Assembly: GCA_016742095.1 (NCBI GenBank)
Contig: JACVCJ010000003.1
Span: forward strand, 11,250 to 75,249
From: Bacteroidia bacterium
Lineage (GTDB): Bacteria > Bacteroidota > Bacteroidia > CAIKAF01
Reading direction: 5' to 3'
DNA: 64,000 nucleotides
Below the pieces are notes generated by a model. That model saw only the letters and a program-made list of their open reading frames with translations, had not been told where the DNA came from and did not search any database. Below are positions 58,698 to 64,000 of this stretch, one piece after another. The position numbers and the translations under genes are program-made. How positions within the stretch are numbered: the stretch's first letter is position 1; each line of letters begins with the position of its first letter.

Positions 58698-59477
58698 TCA
58701 TATTGTAGGTAGGGTGCCTCCGTCGATCACGTATTCCGTTCCGGTGAGATAGCTCGCGCGCGGTGAGGCCAGGAAGTTCACAAACTCGGCCACTTCTGAT
58801 GGTTCAGCCGGTCGCCCGAAGGGAATACCGCCCAGGGACTGCATTACCTGTTCCGTAGCTTCTGCAATGCTCTTCCCGGTGCGGTCCGCTATTTCCTGCA
58901 GCATGCCCAGGGCGCCTTCTGTCCGTATCCAGCCCGGCGAAACGCAGAGTACACGTATTCCCTGCGGAGAAACCTCGTTGGAAAGGCCTTTGCTGTAATT
59001 GATGAGTGCGGCTTTAGCGGCGGCATAAGGCAGTGTGGAGTCGTGCAGGGGAAGCCGGCCCTGTATCGATGCTACGTGAATGATAACACCGGAACCCCGC
59101 TCCAGCATGCCCGGCAGAAAAGCCCGGTCGAGACGCACGGGTGCCAGCAGGTTCGTGTGTAGTGTGCTTTCCCAGTCGGCATCGCTCAGCACGGCAAAGC
59201 CGCCTCCCGGAGTGGAAGAAGCGCCCAGGTTATTGATGAGTATATCCGGCGGCGCACCGAAACGTTGCAGGAATGCGGCTGCCGCTTTCTGTGTGCCCTG
59301 CGGGGTACCCAGGTCGGCGGAGACAAAATGCATGCCTTCCGGCAGAAGCTCCGGCGCATTCCGCGCACTGATCATCACCTGTGCGCCCGATCCCAGGAGT
59401 TTTTCCGCAATGGCCCGGCCTGTTCCTCTGCTGCCTCCGCTCACAAAGGCCGTCTTCCCTTCCAGTTCTTTTTTCAT
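58698..59477 (-). CDS. SDR family oxidoreductase
   Basis: TAFVSGGSRGTGRAIA glycine motif and catalytic YAAAK. Start at MKKELEGK. Confidence 0.85.
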   Translation of the reverse strand: MKKELEGKTAFVSGGSRGTGRAIAEKLLGSGAQVMISARNAPELLPEGMHFVSADLGTPQGTQKAAAAFLQRFGAPPDILINNLGASSTPGGGFAVLSDADWESTLHTNLLAPVRLDRAFLPGMLERGSGVIIHVASIQGRLPLHDSTLPYAAAKAALINYSKGLSNEVSPQGIRVLCVSPGWIRTEGALGMLQEIADRTGKSIAEATEQVMQSLGGIPFGRPAEPSEVAEFVNFLASPRASYLTGTEYVIDGGTLPTI

Positions 59478-59605
59478 CACAATGCGTTGTTTTACGCAAC
59501 AAAGGTAGAGCGGCCTCCCGACCGGCACAAGTAGGGGAAAACGAATACCACAGGGATAAATTTTTCCCTATTGCGGGTATCTGCACATAGGCATACCTTT
59601 GTACC

Positions 59606-59965
59606 ATGTATGCACGTAAAATTCCCCCGCAGCTGAACTGCGGACTGGACCTGGTAGCCGAGGTACTGTACGGCAAATGGAAGATCCGCCTGTTGTGGTT
59701 CATTCACGAAGGACACCGCAGGCCCGGCGAGCTGCAGCGTAAAATTCCGGATGCCTCGCGCCGGGTACTGCACATGCAGCTGAAGGAACTGGAAGAGCAT
59801 GAACTGCTGCGAAAGGAAATTTTTGCAGAAGTGCCCCTGCATGTAGAATATCACCTGACGGAATTCGGGCAGACCCTGATCCCGCTCATCGCAGGTATCG
59901 GCAACTGGGGCGATGCGCATTCGGAACAACTGCGCAGGGTGATCGGGAAGCGCATTCCGGGATAG
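59606..59965 (+). CDS. HxlR family transcriptional regulator
   Basis: Winged-helix HxlR pattern (VLYGKWKIRLLWFI...PGELQRKIP). Divergent from the SDR gene. Confidence 0.85.
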   Translation: MYARKIPPQLNCGLDLVAEVLYGKWKIRLLWFIHEGHRRPGELQRKIPDASRRVLHMQLKELEEHELLRKEIFAEVPLHVEYHLTEFGQTLIPLIAGIGNWGDAHSEQLRRVIGKRIPG

Positions 59966-60158
59966 ACATCAGTGTCCATTTTTTTCAGAAATTCCCCTTC
60001 AGGGTAAACACTATTGTAAAATTTTGCAAACCGGCAGAAAGATCAGTCCCTCTCCCTCTGAAATTCATCGTCCGGCAGGCCCTGTTCATCCAAAAAACGG
60101 CACTTTTCTTTCGCAGACGGGCCATTTGCGTATCTTTAACCCGTTAAAAATCCAAAGC

Positions 60159-61289
60159 ATGAGAGCAATCTTTTTGAGTGTTGTGTTTTTCGCAACGGTG
60201 TTTTCCGTTACGGCACAGAAAAATCTGCAAAACGCCGTTGGCGACGTACGTGTTGTGAAAAACAATGCGGCCAGCCCGGTAAAGAACCAGGGCAATACAG
60301 GCACCTGCTGGTGTTTTGCCACTACTTCGCTCATCGAGAGTCAGTGCATGCTTGCCGGTACGGCACAGCCCGATCTTTCGGAAATGTTCACCGTGCGTAA
60401 CATTTACCTGGTAAAAGCCCGCAATTACCTGCTGCGCCAGGGTGATGCCCGTTTCAGCGAGGGCGGACTGGGCCACGACGTACTGTATGCCGCGCAGGTG
60501 TACGGACTCATGCCCGAATCGGCCTACAGCGGTATGAATCCCGGCAAAAAAGCCTTCGATCACTCTAAAATGGCCCCCGAACTGCAGGCCTACCTGGACA
60601 GCCTGCTGAAGAAACGCCCGCTGGCTGCCGGCTGGGAAACGGGATTCAACACCATTATGGATAAGCACATGGGCCCCGTCCCCGCTACCTTTACGTACGA
60701 AGGAAAGGAATACAGCGCCCAGAGCTTTGCCCGCGAAGTGGTGCGTTATAACCCGAACGATTATGTAAGCATCACGTCCTTTTCGCACCATCCCTTCTAT
60801 ACTTCTTTTGTACTGGAAGTGCCCGATAACCACAGCAACGGCAGTTTTTACAACGTACCGCTGAACGAACTGATCGGCATAACGAAAAGTGCACTGGACA
60901 AGGGATACACTGTAATGTGGGATGCCGACGTAAGCAATGCCGGCTGGGTATCGAAAAGCGGTTATGCCTTTGCACCGGCCGATTCCATTGCCGACCGCAA
61001 GAACCCGAACCCCGACATGAAAGAAAAGGACGTGACACAGGAATACCGCCAGCAGCTGTTCGAAAGCCTGGTAACGCAGGACGATCACCTGATGCACATT
61101 ACCGGAACCGGCGTAAGCGACCAGGGCAAGAGCTTCTTTATCGTAAAGAATTCCTGGGGCGATAAATCGTCAAAATTCGACGGTTACGTATATGTATCCG
61201 AGCCGTATTTTGCACTGAACACCATCAATGTAATTGTGCCGAAGGCCATACTGAGCCCGGAACTGAAGCACAAATTACATATTCATTAA
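60159..61289 (+). CDS. C1 family peptidase (aminopeptidase C / bleomycin-hydrolase-like), secreted
   Basis: Signal peptide MRAIFLSVVFFATVFSVTAQ. Active-site NQGNTGTCWCFAT and C-terminal His/Asn region. Confidence 0.85.
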   Translation: MRAIFLSVVFFATVFSVTAQKNLQNAVGDVRVVKNNAASPVKNQGNTGTCWCFATTSLIESQCMLAGTAQPDLSEMFTVRNIYLVKARNYLLRQGDARFSEGGLGHDVLYAAQVYGLMPESAYSGMNPGKKAFDHSKMAPELQAYLDSLLKKRPLAAGWETGFNTIMDKHMGPVPATFTYEGKEYSAQSFAREVVRYNPNDYVSITSFSHHPFYTSFVLEVPDNHSNGSFYNVPLNELIGITKSALDKGYTVMWDADVSNAGWVSKSGYAFAPADSIADRKNPNPDMKEKDVTQEYRQQLFESLVTQDDHLMHITGTGVSDQGKSFFIVKNSWGDKSSKFDGYVYVSEPYFALNTINVIVPKAILSPELKHKLHIH

Positions 61290-61390
61290 GATCATCCGGA
61301 AGCGGGAACAGAACCGGGTACGGCATCGTTCCAAATAATAACACGCCACATCTTGCCTCTGTGCGAAAAATTGCGCATATTTGAGTCAGG

Positions 61391-62227
61391 ATGAAAACAA
61401 GAAATCTTTTACTGTTTTTTTCCCTCTTCACCCTGCTTACGGCAAGTTCCTCCGCACAACGCTACGATCGTAAGAACCAGTTTATGATCGGGCTGAAAGG
61501 CGGCGTTAATTTTACCGATCCGCTCATCAGCCAGCGTTATTCGGTCTTTGCTCCCGGCGTAAGCTCCAAACACGGCGGCGAGGCCAAGATCTACGAAAAG
61601 TTCATGAAAAACATGGGTTACGGCGGCGGTGTGGCCATCAGCTATGGCATTACCCGGAACCTGACCCTTACCCTCGAAGGCCTGTTTTACCAGTACCGGC
61701 TTTCGTATACCAATAACTACGCCTGGACAGACGTGCAGAGCGGTTCTTCGGTGACCCTGGACCGCACCTATTACAAAAGGCTCAACTATTTCGAAATTCC
61801 GCTCATGTTCCGTTACGATATCCTGGCACGCCGCGTATCCCCTTTTATACAGGCGGGCGTTTCACCGGCCTTTGTACATTCGGTGCAGGCCAGTAACCGT
61901 TCGCAGATGCAGTCTTCGGTACTGCCGTCTGAGCTGGAAGAACAAAGCGCCGCTACCGATGAAAAAGGCAGTTACAACCAGTTTTACCTGAGCGCCGTAG
62001 GCGGTGCCGGACTCAGTTTCTATGCCGGGAAGACCATGTTCCTGCTGGGCGCCAACGGCCGCTATTCCATACTGCAGCCCACCTCGGACCTGCATCGTTT
62101 TTCGAACGGCAGCGCTTCCGGCAACCTGGACGTACAGGATAAATACCGTATACTGAACCTGGAACTCTATCTCACGGTCATGTTCCCCATCGGCGGCAAA
62201 TGTGCCGGAATGCCCAAATTCTTTTAA
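61391..62227 (+). CDS. outer-membrane beta-barrel protein (hypothetical)
   Basis: Signal peptide MKTRNLLLFFSLFTLLTASSSAQ. C-terminal aromatic residue. Confidence 0.65.
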   Translation: MKTRNLLLFFSLFTLLTASSSAQRYDRKNQFMIGLKGGVNFTDPLISQRYSVFAPGVSSKHGGEAKIYEKFMKNMGYGGGVAISYGITRNLTLTLEGLFYQYRLSYTNNYAWTDVQSGSSVTLDRTYYKRLNYFEIPLMFRYDILARRVSPFIQAGVSPAFVHSVQASNRSQMQSSVLPSELEEQSAATDEKGSYNQFYLSAVGGAGLSFYAGKTMFLLGANGRYSILQPTSDLHRFSNGSASGNLDVQDKYRILNLELYLTVMFPIGGKCAGMPKFF

Positions 62228-62259
62228 GCTGTGGATGCATATACTAAAACAGAGTACGC

Positions 62260-63459
62260 ATGAAAAAATACATATACCTCTTTTTATTTCCCTCGCTCTG
62301 TCTGCTGGCTTCCTGTCGCAAGGATAAGCTGCCCAAAAACATGGAGCCGGGTTATTTCAAGGTGTACGACGACCAGGCTTCCGCAAACCGGTACCGGGTG
62401 CTGGACGTACGCGAGACCGGCGACGGCGGGGCGCTGATCCTGTCGGAACTGAACGACAAGACCATTCACCTGGTACGTGCGGCCGCCGATGGCAAACAAA
62501 TGGCTGCGGCCACCATCAGCAACGGTTCGCACAATCCGCTGGGTTCCCTGCTCTTTATAAACGGAGCCTATTACGTGGGCGCCATGGATGAGACCGGCCT
62601 GTTTGCGCGCATCATACGTGTAGACGAAAATTACTGTTCGGCCATATCCTCTACCGATCTTAACGGCTTACTGTATCCCCTGGCCTTTTCGGAGATCGAG
62701 GAAGGCAGTATCTTGCTCCTGAGTTACGACCGCACCAATTACCGTTCACAACTGTCGCGCGTTACGCCTGACGGACAGGTGATCTGGACACAGAACGCCA
62801 ATGTGAACCAGGATACCGAGACCCAGATCGTAGCGCACCTGAACGGCACCGGTAAACGCTATCCCTTTTACACGGCCACCTGGAACGGTAAATACGTGGC
62901 CAACTGCTTCTATAATTACAGCTTTTCCTTCCTGACCTTCAGCGCGTCGGCACAGGATGCCATTTACAACGGCAGTAATTACAACTCGGGAACTTCGGCC
63001 ATGTATGCCCTGGAGAACGGAAATGCCGCCATTGCCCGTTTTTCCTTTGGACAATCGTACCTGCAGCCTTCCTTTGCGCCGGCTTCGGGCGTGGCAGACC
63101 TTACCGACAATATGGGCGGGGCCCTGATCGACGATGCCGCAGCGGATTCGGATTTCCGTTTCGGGAAGATCGTGATCGACAAAACAAACTATATCGCTTA
63201 TGCCTACAATACCCAGAACGGGCGTGTATGTCTTTCCCTGCTGGATGAAAGCGGCACCCTGAAGGCCCGCCGGTATTTCGGCAGCGGCGAAAACCCGTTC
63301 CGTATCGGTAATTTCCGGGCTACGGCCGATAAAGGTCTGATGGTGGCCGGCAGTTTCCGGGTAGCCGGCAGCTTTGCACGACCTGCCCTGTTCAAGCTGA
63401 ACGAAAAAGAACTCTACGAAGTCGTGGGCCTCGATTACGAAAAGGCCCAGAAGGAATAA
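62260..63459 (+). CDS. hypothetical lipoprotein
   Basis: MKKYIYLFLFPSLCLLASC lipobox. 399 aa. Confidence 0.65.
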   Translation: MKKYIYLFLFPSLCLLASCRKDKLPKNMEPGYFKVYDDQASANRYRVLDVRETGDGGALILSELNDKTIHLVRAAADGKQMAAATISNGSHNPLGSLLFINGAYYVGAMDETGLFARIIRVDENYCSAISSTDLNGLLYPLAFSEIEEGSILLLSYDRTNYRSQLSRVTPDGQVIWTQNANVNQDTETQIVAHLNGTGKRYPFYTATWNGKYVANCFYNYSFSFLTFSASAQDAIYNGSNYNSGTSAMYALENGNAAIARFSFGQSYLQPSFAPASGVADLTDNMGGALIDDAAADSDFRFGKIVIDKTNYIAYAYNTQNGRVCLSLLDESGTLKARRYFGSGENPFRIGNFRATADKGLMVAGSFRVAGSFARPALFKLNEKELYEVVGLDYEKAQKE

Positions 63460-63471
63460 TTCCTGTTACGT

Positions 63472-64000
63472 TTAACGAACGACCACAAATTTGGTCATGG
63501 TCCGGTTGCGCCGGGTCGATCCCTGTATGACCAGGTAATACAGGCCGGGCGCCCAGGACGAAGCGTCGATATCGAGCGTTTTATTGCCCGGTGTCTGGTA
63601 GGCCAGTGAACGCTGTATAACGGCTGTACCGCCTTCGGAGTAGACCGTGAACGTATAGTTATCACTTTCGGTCAGCTTGTAGCGCACTACAGCCAAACCC
63701 GAAGAGGGATTCGGACTTACCGACATGCCGGGGCTGTCTTTCTGCGCTTCTTCGTTGCCCACCCATTTACAGTCGATGATGTCCAGGCGGGAGTCCACCC
63801 ATTCGGTAAAAGCCACGTGCTGCAAGGCCGATACGTCGGCACCGAGCCAGTCCATCACCAGGGCCGTCATTACCTGCCGGTAGTCGATCTGCATCGGCAG
63901 GTTGCCCCCCTGCAGGTCGGCCGCTGAAGGATTGGTGCCAAATACGCCTCCTTTTACACAGTTACCGAATACAAAAAGCGGGGCGGCATCGCCGTGGTCG
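63472..64000 (-). CDS. DUF1501-like protein C-terminal region fused to T9SS C-terminal sorting domain (partial; N-terminus beyond window end)
   Basis: The reading frame stays open upstream of the track ATG to the window edge (...DHGDAAPLFVFGNCVKGGVFGTNPSAADLQGGNLPMQIDYRQVMTALVMDWLGAD is a DUF1501 C-terminal pattern). Ends with a T9SS CTD (...YYLVIQ...KFVVVR). Confidence 0.65.
   Translation of the reverse strand, partial: DHGDAAPLFVFGNCVKGGVFGTNPSAADLQGGNLPMQIDYRQVMTALVMDWLGADVSALQHVAFTEWVDSRLDIIDCKWVGNEEAQKDSPGMSVSPNPSSGLAVVRYKLTESDNYTFTVYSEGGTAVIQRSLAYQTPGNKTLDIDASSWAPGLYYLVIQGSTRRNRTMTKFVVVR

Overview
The window looks like 64 kb of a moderately GC-rich Bacteroidota chromosome. Supporting signs are gliding-motility gldH next to a PSP1 gene, several proteins with type IX secretion (T9SS) C-terminal sorting domains, lipoprotein and OMP signal peptides, weak Shine-Dalgarno usage and many ATGA-type start/stop overlaps. 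Gene density is high. I call about 70 CDS, one tRNA-Asn(GTT), one cobalamin riboswitch and a few intrinsic terminators. No rRNA, CRISPR array, transposase or integrase was seen. The ORF track prints GTG/TTG starts as M, so several starts were moved to the first plausible ATG with a signal peptide (gldH, btuB, the DMT transporter, OMPs, lipoproteins, the NTF2-like protein). Many long ORFs antisense to clearly homologous genes are GC-bias artefacts and were rejected.

Housekeeping content includes scoA (partial), PBP1A, gldH, PSP1, rluA, a glucose MFS permease with a ROK glucokinase, accB-accC, fabD, peroxiredoxin, kbl, ABC-F, a PfkB kinase, and a WbpA/B/D/E-like UDP-diacetamido-uronic-acid pathway with rfbB.

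The observations most worth follow-up are:
- a B12-riboswitch-controlled uptake locus (btuB, two T9SS-CTD surface proteins, a BtuG-like YncE beta-propeller lipoprotein);
- a HipA-like kinase plus DUF3037 cassette, immediately followed by an unannotated 30-codon TM-peptide ORF;
- two tandem paralogs with an N-terminal DUF4157 (HExxH) domain, a TM segment and a C-terminal transglutaminase-like Cys-His-Asp domain (candidate orphan polymorphic-toxin or eCIS-cargo-like effectors);
- two tandem paralogous small secreted proteins built from five 16-aa repeats with a conserved hydrophobic C-terminal tail;
- a complex direct plus inverted repeat block in the divergent promoter region between an EamA transporter and accBC;
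- two recurrent short intergenic motifs (TTAACCCGTTAA and TTTAGTATA).

All homology statements come from reading the translations by eye. No database search could be run.
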